Below, in pieces: positions 1 to 11,338 of a stretch of DNA of 64,000 nt (the stretch's first letter is position 1; the number at the start of each line of letters is the position of its first letter). Location: NCBI GenBank assembly GCA_001662655.1, contig KV460207.1. The stretch is one strand, 5' to 3'. This DNA comes from Pseudogymnoascus verrucosus (taxonomy: Eukaryota). The notes under the pieces are model-generated. The model saw nothing but the letters and a program-made list of their open reading frames with translations. It searched no databases and was not told the origin of the DNA. Made by a program: the position numbers and the translations under genes.

Positions 1-2736
1 AGAAGTGGCTGCCACGACACCAGCGGCAATCGCCGAAACGCCCAGTGCAGCAGCTCCAGCGGCAACGACTTCACCCGCCTTTCCCTTTGCAGCCTTAGCC
101 TTAGACTTCTTGTTCTTGCCCTTCTTGCCCGTAGCAGCAGCGGCCGGCTCAGCCTCCACCTCCTTGGCCTCAGCTTCAGGCTCGGCAGCAGCAACTGGGG
201 TCTCTTCCTTGGCCTCCTCAGTTGCAGCTACTGGCTCAGCGACGGCTTCGGTTGCAGCAGCAACGATAGTGGCGGACTTGTCCTCCTCGGTGGCAGCGAC
301 AACTGGCTCTGCCTCTACTGCGGCGGCTTCTGGTGTAGGCTCAGCAACGGCTTCGGGAGTATCGTCTTTCTTCTCTTCGACGACAGCAGCTGGCTCAGAC
401 GTGGTCTCAGTCTCTGTAACAGCAGCAGGGGCCTCCTCCTTGGCCTCTTCGACAGCAGCTACAGGCTCAGCTTCCTTGGTCTCAACCTCTGGCTCGGAAA
501 CATCGACAGAGGCGATTTCCTTTGTTTCCTCAACAGCGGCGGCAGGCTCAGCAACAACTTCCTTTGCCTCAGCCTCTGGCTCGGCAACGGCAGCTGTTGC
601 CTCCTCCTTCTTATCCTCAACAACAGCTACGGGCTCGGCCTCAACCTCCTTGGTCTCGGCGGCAGCCTCTTCGGCAACAACTGGGGTATCATTCTTCTCC
701 TCGGCGTCGATAACTACCTTCTCAGCAACCTCCGGCTCAGCCTCAACCTCCTTGGTCTCGGTGGCAGGCTCCTCGGCAACAACTGGGGTATCATTCTTCT
801 CTTCAGCGTCAACTGCCTTCTCAGCAACCTCCGGCTCAGTCGCGGCGGCATCAGCCTCAGCCTCCTTGGCCTCGACATCTGGGACAGCTGCAGCACCGTT
901 TGTCTCGGTCTCCTTGATTTCCTTAGTTGCTTCAGCTTCGGCCTTTGGTGCTTCCTCCGACTTGGCCTCTTCCTCCTTGTACTTGGAGCCTACAGCGACG
1001 GCAGCTACAGCTGCGGCGGCGATCGCTGGGATAGCCAGTGCTGCTGCTGTCTCCTCGGTCTTTGAAGCGCCAGCCTTTGCTTTGGCGGCCTTCGCCTTTG
1101 ATTTCTTGTTCTTGCCCTTCTTACCGGCAGCAGCTGCAGGTTCGGCGGTTTCGGCGACAGCTTCGCTCGCTGGTGCCTCCGTCTCGGCAACTTCAGCCTC
1201 TGGCTCTACCTCGCGTGTAGTCTCCGCAGTCTCGGCAGTTGCAAGTGCAGCCTCAGAAGCTTCAGCCTCGGCGGCCTTTTCTCTTGTTGCATGTGCCTCT
1301 GCCAGAACCTCCTTAGGCACTTCCGTCACAGTGACGGACTTGTCATCGGTGGCGGCGGCAGCAGCAACAGGGGTCTCCTCGGCGGTAGATTTTTCGGTGA
1401 CCTCCCTAGCATCTGCCTCGGGTGCCTCCTTCACAATTTCAGTCCCTGTTGCTTGGACAAGGATGACATCTTCGCCATCCTTGCCCTTGCTGGCGTCAAC
1501 AGTGACATCGACCTTAACATCGCCCTGGGGTGTTGCAACGATGACATCTGACACCTTGGCTTCAGCATGTTCTTTGTTGTCAGCAACATCCTTCTTCAGC
1601 TGCTCCGAGATATCCTTCATCACATCGCCGCTTGCCTTGACAGCGATACTCTTAGCGGTGCTCATAGCGTGATCCGAGGCCATCTTGCCAACCATTGCGA
1701 GTGCAGGAACGAGAATTCCTGGTGCGACCATAGTCGCGGCTCCGACGGCAATAGCAATAGCTCCCCTGTGTGACATGTTAGTCATTACAAATCAGTGAAT
1801 AAGGTTCGTGTGAATGTGAAACTTACTCAGCAATCATCTCTGGGTGTTCTTTAATCGCCTCTCCGACATCCTGGACGCCTTCGATGACCTCTTTCGTAAC
1901 AACCTGCACAGCGTCGGCGATTTTCTCCATCAAGGTTTCGTCATCCTTGTCAGTAATCGTAGATGCAACTTCTTTTGCGAGGTTGTTATAGATGTCTTTT
2001 GCGTCTTCTGCTGTCTTCGCCTGCAGTTCCGTCGCCACAGCTGCCACACCTGCTGCTACTGATCCGCCAGTCTATTTTAAAGTAATGAGTAAATGCCATA
2101 TTGGTTTTTAGATAGATGTAATAAACTTACAGTTTGTACTACTGCTGCGTCAACAGCTGGTGCAGGCGTTTCTTTTGCGGCTCCATCCTTTGCTGCGTCT
2201 GGTGCTGGAGTTGCCTCTTTGTCGACAGGCGCCACTTCCTTGGCTCCCTCCTCGGCAGGTGCTGCTTCTGTGGCTGGAGTATCCTCCTTGACTGGTGCAG
2301 CCTCCTTTGCTGGGGCTTCCTCCTCGACGGGAGCAGCCTCCTTCACTGGGGCTGCATCTTCAGCTGGAGTAGGCTCGGCCGGTGTGAGCACCTCCGGTGC
2401 TACTTCCTTTGGTGCTTCTGCCGCAGGTGTTTCTGCTACAGGAGCCTCTGGTGTTGGTGCTGGTGCCTCCTCTTTGGCGGGTGTTGTCTCCTCCACTACA
2501 GGAGCCTTCTCCTCCTCAGCTGGAGGTGCTGCCTCAACAGGGGCAACCTCCTCAACAGGAGCGGCTTCCTTAACGGGAGCCACTTCGACTACAGGCTTCT
2601 CCTCGACGGGAGCCTCCACCTTCTCCGGAGCAGCCTCTGGTACTACAGGAGTTGTCTCTTTATCCTGTTCCACAGCAGTAGGGGCCATATCCGTGACCGT
2701 CTCCGGGACAGCTTCTGCAACAATATCTTTGGTCAT
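1..2736 (-). CDS. Large acidic Ala/Glu/Pro/Thr/Lys-rich low-complexity repeat protein, 3' end beyond the left edge
   Basis: ATG at 2736 (MTKDIVAEAVPE). Predicted introns 2072-2130 and 1766-1826 (GTAAGT donors; the second has a GACTAAC branch site) join the minus ORFs 2077-2745 and 1823-2047 to a long open minus frame reaching base 1. Contains EEKAPVVEE-like repeats and two KKGKNKKSKAKAAK blocks. No recognised domain. Confidence 0.75.
632..832. repeat. Intragenic tandem duplication of ~100 bp (2 copies)
   Basis: 632-733 and 734-832 share long identical runs such as tcaacctccttggtctcgg and tcggcaacaactggggtatcattcttctc. The 3-bp length difference preserves frame. Confidence 0.85.
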
Positions 2737-4170
2737 AATCCACAATCACAGCTCTCTTTGGGCAGTGAAAAAGCAGTATGAAGAAGAGAGAAAAGGCAGC
2801 AGCAAGGAAAACAGCAGAGACGGCAGCTTTGTAAACAAAGCTGGGTCCTCTCGGGGTCGCCTTCTTCCTCGCAGATTGCGTTGCATGGGGGGAGCTCCAT
2901 TGGAGGCGCCCCCGAATCCTTATCGGGTTAGGCGAATTACCTGATTAGGCTAAGTTTAGTTGACAGCGAGGTGGGGTCCAGCAATGACCCTTGAGATCGC
3001 TCCGAGCCGAGCATGACGCTAGGATTATTTAGGGATAGCGCATGAACTTGGCACTTTTGTGCTATGCACGTGATGGATCTAGTGAAGTGTACAATCTCTC
3101 GTGTGTCTCGTTTACCGCTTCTCTCCGTACTTTCGTTCGTCGTTGATTCTCCTTAGCAAACTTGGAAATATAAAACATAAAATATATGAAAAACGTGCAT
3201 TGCAGCAGTCTAAAATGTGTTGCAGATTCTATTGCATCATGCATGACAAGATCAAGGCGTCAATTGCTTCATTGGCCGTAAATTGTCCGCAGTTGCCGCC
3301 CATTTCTAAGACACGGCCGTGATGGTCCCATCCCAATATGTACAGGAGGTACTGCTAATCTATGCGTGGGGTGCATATTGCGCTCGTCCCCCGCTAGTTT
3401 CCCCGATAGGATGTCATCCCCGACTATTTTGTACAGTACAACTCACCGACAGTTACTGTAGGAACAGGATTTTCCAGTTCTGGGAGACGCGATGAGGTTC
3501 TTGCCGTGAATGCATGCTTTAAGTGGTTGCAGCTGGCCGAGGTACTCGTTGTTGCTAAAATACCCGTGATGGGAAGCACGTGGAATTTTTCCAGTGTCTT
3601 TATATACTCCTCACCGCTAGTACAGACAGGACCAAGACGAATTGTGCCAATTGTACGAATTGTGACCTTTTCCCCGTATAGTGCTGTACAGTACGTATAG
3701 CACTGTCGATCCTCAGCTGCATCATGTCTCTGGATTCCTGTTATCTTAACCCCGCGTATCGAAAGGGGGGCAATACTACCCTACTCGTCGAGTTTTTTCG
3801 GAACGAATATGATCTTTCTTGCCACTAGATTATCATTGCATTTAACGCCCTGAGACATCGGGAAAGGTTGCTACAATTATATCAGCGCTTCCCCATCATG
3901 TGCTTTACTTCTGTGGCGGTTCTGACCCAGCTGAGGGGTTGACGACGGCCCAATGGCTCGCTGAATTTATGGTTGTTTTGAAACCTATTTGCTACATATA
4001 CCTTAAAAGTCTCAGCCATACACCATCATACTCCATCTCGACCAAAAAAAACCTCAACCATTGCTTGGCCAGTCTCATGTATTATCACATATTTTGGTGA
4101 AGCGTCTCACTCAGTCAATACGACTGCACTGAAGTGCAAATGTGTCAATGAGGTAACTCCTAATTCTCTT

Positions 4171-4560
4171 CCGTCGTTCTTGCCAGTTCTATATGTCATT
4201 TCCCTCCCTCGTTCCTGCCATTCTTATACCTCAAAAAACTCCCATGGTTCCTGCCAGTTCTATACATTAGACGCCTCTTATCGTTCCCTGCCAGTTCTAT
4301 CCATCACTCATCTCCCATCGTTCTTGCCAATTTTATACGTCAGACATCTCCCGTTGTTCTTGCCAGTTTTTTACCTAGCTCATCACCCATCGCTCTTTCC
4401 AGGTTTATACATCGTATATTCCCCATCGTTCCTACCAGTTTGATATATCACCCATCTTCCATTGCGCCTGCCAGGTCTATAGATCGCTCCACTCCCGTCG
4501 CTACTACCATTTTATACGGCAAGCATCTCCGATCGTTCCTGCCATTTTATACTTCACTTG
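4171..4560. repeat. Degenerate 36-bp minisatellite, ~11 units
   Basis: Units start at 4171, 4207, 4242, 4278, 4315, 4351, 4387, 4423, 4459, 4495 and 4530. Consensus is approximately CCATCGTTCCTGCCAGTTTTATAC followed by ~12 more variable nt. Confidence 0.9.
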
Positions 4561-4702
4561 CACGTTGTTGTGAATCCGCTCCTATTTTTTAGTATCTGCA
4601 ATATTGTGTTCTAAATCACAAAAAAACGCTGTTGCTTGACCCCGTTTCCATCCCATCTTACCTCGCTGTACTGTTCAGTTTAATCAGTCATCCACCACCA
4701 CC

Positions 4703-5741
4703 ATGGTCTCCCTTCTCAAAGGTTCAGCTTTTTTGACTGGTGCTGGCTCAGGCATAGGTCGTGCCACTGCCCTCGCATTTGCCAAATACGGTATCACGCG
4801 CCTCTCCCTAGCCGACCACGACTCCTCCTCCCTAGCAGCCACTTCCAAACTCATAAAAGCGGTGTATCCTTCGATCCAGATCTTACAGCACTCTCTTGAC
4901 GTCACAAATGAATCGAAGGTCCAAGCTGCTATTGCCAAAGCGGCTATTGAGTTCGGCCGCATTGACGTAGCCGTCAATATCGCTGGTATCAGCCACAGTG
5001 GTCTGACCCATGATTGTAAGACAGAGGAGTGGAGGGAGGTGTTGGGGGTTAATCTTGATGGGTTGTGGTTTTGCCAGCGGGAGGAGATAAGACAGATGCT
5101 GGCACAGGAGTGAGTGGCAATGTCCAATCCTAAGCTTCGTTTCAGCAAATTTCCTATACAGTGAGTGAAGTTACGATCTAACCAACCCCCAAAAGAGACC
5201 GCGGACCAAGAGAGGGAAGAGGTTCAATCGTCAACATCTCCTCAGTAGCTGGTCTTGTTGGCGGCGGCATAAGCCCCGCCTATACAGCTTCCAAACATGG
5301 TACGTCCAACTATCCATCACCCCAAAGCCACTGCTCTCTCATGCTCTTGCACTGACATACTAAAAGCCGTAATCGGCCTCACCAGAAACGTAAGTTCACT
5401 CAAACTCCTTACCAAACACAGCTCTAACGTCGATCAGGACGCTGCCACCTACGCTCCCAAAGGTATCCGCGTCAATGCTATATGTCCCGGGTTTGTCATT
5501 CCCCATATATGATCACTAGTCTCTTATTAACAAGTCACACAGTTGGACGGCTACGCCGATGGTTGAGCGCTTCCAGAGCCAGTTCCCAGATGAAGTAAAG
5601 ACATCGGTGGCGACGGTGCCGATGAGGCGGATGGCGGAGATGGAGGAGGTTGCGGATGCGATTGTCTTTTTGGGGAGTCGGATGGAGAGTTTTGTGTGCG
5701 GAGCGGCGGTCCCAGTGGATGGGGGATTTACTGCTATTTAA
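4703..5741 (+). CDS. Short-chain dehydrogenase/reductase (classical SDR), multi-exon
   Basis: TGAGSGIG Rossmann motif and NIAG. After intron 5110-5195 come IVNISS and the catalytic YTASK, then GIRVNAICPG and the C-terminal VPVDGG. Stop TAA at 5739-5741. Confidence 0.92.
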
Positions 5742-6394
5742 GGCTATGGGACCGCCCAAGTCGCGAGGCTGTTCTTTTAGAGAGGGGAGGGGTTTTGGCT
5801 TATTATTATTACTACAACATTTATAGCTATTACTACCAACAACGAAGATGATGGACGACTGCGGTTGCAAGGTTATGCCCAGTTAAATCTAAAATTTGTG
5901 CTTTATAAGGCGCCTCGTATCTGGTAAACAGATCGCAAAGGTTCTTTAAAAACTACCGCAGGATTGGAGAGAGGAGGGGATAAAGGGACTGTAAATTAGA
6001 GATGGGTTGCTCAACAAGAGACAATCCACACAGTGGAGGAGCTTGACGATATGACTGGCGAAATAATTTCAAGGATGATGGGACACATCGGTAGAAGCAG
6101 AGCGTATGGACTTTAGATGAAGAACACACAGAGATTGATTTCGAGCTGGGGTGGTGAGAAAAATAAGGGGTGGCGAGAATTGAGAGTGGCAAGAAGGGGG
6201 TGGTAAGAAACCGCGTAACCATGACCTGACTAGTCATACTTTTGTATGGCATGCTCTTGCGGATCAAAACCTCTCCCTTGAGGGCAGCCCAGTCAGCTAT
6301 TATCTCTGCAATTTTTGCTTTCTGCCCGTAGTTTAACATCTGTGCTGCCCCGACAGAGGCGACATTCTTATCCTCCTCTTCTTACTGCGCCAAC

Positions 6395-6735
6395 CTTCTC
6401 TCATGTTGTATACCGTAGCGAACTATGAATTATCTTGTGTCGTGTATCAACGCCGCTATTACGACACTGAGAAAATGTAAGACGCAGAAGGAGTAAGAGA
6501 TAATAGGGGAACACTGTCGAGCTGAAGCTCATCCTAACCGGGGATCTTGCCTTTGGAGCCACTTGCGCCCATCTACTCTTATGTTGTACACCACGATTAA
6601 CTATGCTGTGTCGCACATAAATACTCCCATCGCGGCACTGAGAAATGAGTAGACGATTAACGACACGGCATTCGAAGCTCACACTTCCGAACTGAAGCTC
6701 ATTCTAACCGGGACATTGTCTCAGGAGGCTTCATC
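6395..6735. repeat. Diverged tandem duplication of ~170 bp
   Basis: Colinear shared blocks occur in both halves: atgttgta, aactatg, cactgagaaa and ctgaagctcat(c/t)ctaaccggg. Confidence 0.7.
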
Positions 6736-6789
6736 TCGGTGGAGGAGGAGACGGAGAAGGAGATAGAAAATGGGAGGTGGGAAGGGAGA

Positions 6790-6890
6790 TAGGTGGTGAG
6801 AAAGGTGACTGGCAGCGAGAAAGGGGTGGTTAGAAGGGGATGGTGAGAAGGGGATGGTGAGAAAAGGGTGGTGAGAAGGAAGGGGTGAGA
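6790..6890. repeat. Purine-rich GGTGGTGAGAA(A) short-unit array
   Basis: Several degenerate 12-14 bp units. The same motif recurs at ~6148-6210 and ~19917-19980. Confidence 0.6.
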
Positions 6891-7196
6891 CGCGAGGGCC
6901 AAAACAAAAAAGGAGATGTAGCAAGAGGGAGAAGGTTTGTTGGAGATCGACGTGAGGAAGCTAGCGCCGAACCGTTGTAGCGCTGTCATAGTCAGATTTC
7001 TCTGATATTAAAAATTATTAGTTATCTTAACAACTAGTCTATATACAAAGTCATATATCGTAACTTGAAGCAGGGTTCATGGGTAGCCTTCTGCACAGTA
7101 GAAATGAATTCCTGTCTTGCAAGATGATACCCGAAATATCTCCAAGATCCAGTTCGCCCGCCAAATCCAAAATCACAAATCTCCATGGCCATCCTC

Positions 7197-7807
7197 CTAA
7201 GCCTCCTGTGACAAGAGCGGGGTCCGTTCACCTTCCTCCACAGCAGCATCTCGCGCGGCCACCTTGTCTTCTTCGCAAGCCACATACGTAGCGTAAATAG
7301 CAGTCGGGTAAAACAGGACTCTAGATATCCCATCAGTATTTCGTCTCTGTGATTGCGAGGAAAAAGTGAACTTACAACAAAGCAAACCCAGCAATAAACG
7401 CCCTCACAACACGGAGAAACCTATCGTTCGATGGCTCCCTGTACCTGCCACTATGGTCCGCATACGCGCTATCCAACACAAGCCACAGCCACATAGCCGT
7501 CGCAAGCAGCGACTTGGCGGCTTCTAGGACAAACGATATTTTTGCGGACAGGCTTGGCATGCGGTCCTGGATGAGGAGGATGAAGAGGATTATAGTTGCG
7601 AGGAGACCGTTGACGGTGTATGTGCTTTGGGGAGTTAGCGTGGTAAGGCAATATAAAGATACGGCGGGGGGGAGCTTACAGGAAGCGGTATACGGTTTCG
7701 TAGTTATCCCATAGCTGGACGAAAGCGAGGAAACCGAGGGTGAGGGCGATGGGGGTGGTGAGGAGGGCTTGGAAGAGGCCGGCGGCGCGGAGGATTTGGT
7801 TCGTCAT
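7197..7807 (-). CDS. Small integral membrane hypothetical protein, 3 exons, ~4 TM segments
   Basis: ATG at 7807 (MTNQILRAAGLFQALLTTPIALTLGFLAFVQLW). GTAAGC and GTAAGT introns near 7630-7679 and 7322-7375 join hydrophobic segments in frame. Ends ERTPLLSQEA*. Confidence 0.75.
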
Positions 7808-9234
7808 TGTTCTGGTTCTGGAGGATTTGAGATATGTCAGTTTGAGGACGACTTTGTAGAGGATTCATTCCCGGTGATGTGGTTGAGGTGGGACGAGGAG
7901 AAAACCTACGAAGGCGGGCTCATTAGATCGATATATTAAATGTGATTTCCCCTGGCTCGTAACGTGTACGGATAGGCTTGAGGGCGGCAGTAAATCCCGG
8001 AGCTATTGCTCTCGACAGCACTCTCAAAACCACGAGATAAGAGGCTTCCTGGCGTGTTGGATCTGTTGCTCGACGAGGTTTCAAAGCTGCATGACGACCG
8101 AGGACAGGGACTGGGCGCTTTGGGGAGGCTTGCCTGGACGTTACCTAGAACAGGGGTATGCGTATATCACGTGAAATTAGTGCCTACATCGGGACTAGGG
8201 TGGTCGGGAAGTGCCTGGTGGTGTCAGGAGAGACCGTGCTTGCATTAGACACTGATCCACACAGGGGTCGAGGTCTTGTCATCGTCCTTGATTGTGAACA
8301 CTCTTGCTTATTACAATGCACCTCATGAATCATGGGTATAATGGGCATAATATGCCTCGTTTTAAAACTCTGAAGGGCGTTTATACATATAGAGAGTGCT
8401 GCTTACTATCTATTCTCCGATAATTCTCCGATAGTGCATCCAGCGGTGTGAGTTTCGGCAGTTGTGCACTGTGAGAACTTGGCCTAAGTTAACGATGTAG
8501 TACAGACAACAACCCCAAGGCTTTTTCAAGCAAATCCAAATGTCAAAGCTGAACCCAGCATCGACAGAGCTCAGTCCACTACTATAACAAGGTTGGGCGT
8601 GCACGTACGCTAGGGCTGCAATGACACACTGTGGCGCGTAGCTCTGAGCCAATAACGATGGGACCAACGTTATTATTGGTGGTGTGCCATACCGCCATCA
8701 CCAACACGTCCCCAGTTCTCTTTGCGGAATCCCGCCTCATGATGTCTCAAGGCATCTGAAACTCCCTTGCCTTTGGCCGTCCAGCGTGATCCGGTGTCGG
8801 TGCGCGCGTATTTATTCCCCATGCCGCAATAGATCCGCAATCACAGCTCGGCATTGGGGGATGTGGCTGGTTCTCCAGCGTCCCGGGTTGCTGTACGTTC
8901 TCGTGTCTTTAAATGCATCACTACCCCTTGACTTGGGAAGCTTGGTAATCTTGAATGTTGCCTTGATATATACTTTGCCTGGATGTCTCCGTCGCGAGTC
9001 CCCCTCATCGACTCTTTTCAACTTGAGTGCCGTGATGTCCCATGGTACCGTTGTATGTTTATCACCCCTCTTCTCCTTGCATGCGCGTTATTAGTTAGAC
9101 CCCAATTTAGTGATTTGACGGTGTCGAGGGGTCAAGTGCTTTTCGATGCCAGCGTTGCTTTATTCCCTCACCATAGCCACTTTAGTTTCAACTCGGATAT
9201 ATGTGAGCAGGGTAGATGCTAATGACATTTATAG

Positions 9235-10574
9235 CATGATATTATTTTGCCACCAGGCCTCACACGAGCAGAATACGATGCACAAACGCGAGTGCCCTTA
9301 ATTCTTGCTGGGAACATCACACCCTTCCTGGTAGCAACTATTTTTGTCGTTGCGCGCTTTTGGTCGCGCCAGATCTTAAAAGGGTCATGGGCACAAGATG
9401 ACACCTGGGTCTTTACATCATGGGTTCGTGTCTCTGCCGTGTCCTGCCTCCATAGTTTTCCGCAAATCGTACTAAAATCTCCGCAACAGATTGGATCTTT
9501 GGCCCACACACTTCTCAACTGCAGTATAACATTCTACGGCATCGGGCGCCATTTCACCGTCCAGCTTCCTCAAGATGCCGTTCGCGTTCTCGTGATAAGC
9601 TACGCCACACGGTTACTATACCAATGCATTCTTGCCACCACCAAAATTGCGATCCTGACCCTATACCTCCGAATATTCACAGATGCCAGGAGTCAATGCA
9701 TGGTGTATGGGATGATAAGCTTTGTTGTGCTCTACACAATTCCCTGTCTCCTCCTGCTGATCTTCGAGTGCACTCCTTTCTACGACTCTTGGAACCCCTA
9801 CAAGTTTCCGCAGACATGCATAAACCTCACCATCCAGGTGTACATGTCTGCAAGTTTTAACATCTTCCTCGACCTCCTGATGGTCGCTTTTGCCGTACCA
9901 CGCGTCCGTAGGTTCTTCACTCCCCCTGGAATATACTGGGGTTTGGTCTAACTTAAGCTCAAACATAGTGCCCCTTAAACTTCCAAGGCTGCAGAAAACC
10001 GGACTTATTGCGATTGCATCTCTCAGCTCCCTGGTCGTCATCTCATCGGTCGTTCGACTTATCCGTATCAGCACGTTGAACACAAGCAAGGATCTGCCAT
10101 GTACGTCTCCTCTACTACCATTCCATGGCTCTCCCATACTAATGCGCATTAGGGGACTCATATGACTTTACAACCTGGTCCTCGATCGAAGTCAACATCG
10201 GCCTCTTCTGCGCGACTGCCCCAGCTATCAGGCCCGCAGTCCGCGCCATGAAGGATGCTCTCCGGATGAACTCATCGCCTACTACGAGCCAAGGCGCAAG
10301 GTTCCCCACTTCTATGAGCGGGGGCCTGGAACTAGAAGACGGCGAGGCCTTCAACGGGACACCACCGGCAGTGCCGGCGAATAGGTATTGGATTACTAAG
10401 AAGGGGCGGGTCACAGATCGGGAGCTGAGTGACGCAGATAGTTCGAAATGCGTGCTTGATTCCGTATCGACGACTAGGTCCCCTGAGAGTGGGAGGACTC
10501 GCAGCGCAACAGAGAGCGATGGGGAGATGGGGCAGAGGAGGGCGAAGCAGGGAGGTGGGACGCTTTTTGTATAG
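9235..10574 (+). CDS. PTH11-like integral membrane protein (fungal rhodopsin-domain GPCR-like, no CFEM seen); 5' exon uncertain
   Basis: Family-typical motifs VVARFWSR..DD, YGIGRH, TKIAILTLYLRIF, IFECTP, NIFLDL..FAVP and WSSIEVNIGLFCATAP. An acceptor (GCTAAT..TAG) at 9234 implies an upstream exon, possibly ATG 9035 to donor 9053. Confidence 0.85.
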
Positions 10575-11338
10575 ATACCCCTGGGTGGCAGTCGTCTGTT
10601 TTTGTAGAGCTTTGGCGCAGGTTTTTCTTCTTGTTACATACCCTATCTTGCATCATTTAGAATTACAGTATTAATCATGAATAAAAGAATGTTAATGATG
10701 AACCAAGGGTTATTAATCGTGAACCAAAATTGATGATAATTAAATATCAGTGTCGCGATCGATGTATCCCTCAATTAATGTTTTCAGCACGCTCAAGATT
10801 CCAAGGCCAGTTCATACTCGGGGTTCCGGTACGAAGTTCATCGTGAGGATCTCCCGATATGTGCCTTATCTAAGCCAGTCGAATCCCAAACCATATAAAT
10901 AGCTTGTTGGTTAATTTGCCCCGCCAAATTGCGCGCCCGAAGGATGAGCGATCATCACGAACGCGTAAACTCAGCAAACTCAATGCTGGTGGTTCATACC
11001 ACCCACCATCTTGGGCATAATGGGCGAGCGCAGCGATACTTGTAGTACCCGACTCGCAGCGACAATCGCACTCAAGTTGGAAAGTGCCCGTTTCACCAAA
11101 TGACGGAGACGGCGGTATGGACGACTTACTTCAGTAAGCCGTCGATACGGCCGAGTATCAAGGTACAGTAAGATTTTAGCAGTCAACACGAGGGTATAAG
11201 CATAAGTATGATGATCAATGCAAAATTTCTTCTTCGTATTCCATCTTCCATATTTCAACATCTCTTTCTTTCTGTTTTAATTATTTTCACATCCTACCCT
11301 CACACGCGACGACCCTCTCGCCGCCAAAAACCAGAAAG

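Noticed and set aside
5..2944. Long + strand ORFs 5-1672 (555 aa) and 2093-2944 (283 aa), Ser/Ala/Thr-rich and mucin-like
   Set aside because: These are antisense shadows of the minus-strand repeat protein. The splice signals and the ATG context support the minus strand.
4171..4560. 36-bp array as a CRISPR array
   Set aside because: The context is eukaryotic with no cas genes. The cores are degenerate, and the variable parts are only ~12 nt and resemble each other.
8006..8248. 80-aa ORF as a gene fragment
   Set aside because: Non-ATG start, no recognisable motif and no convincing exon structure.
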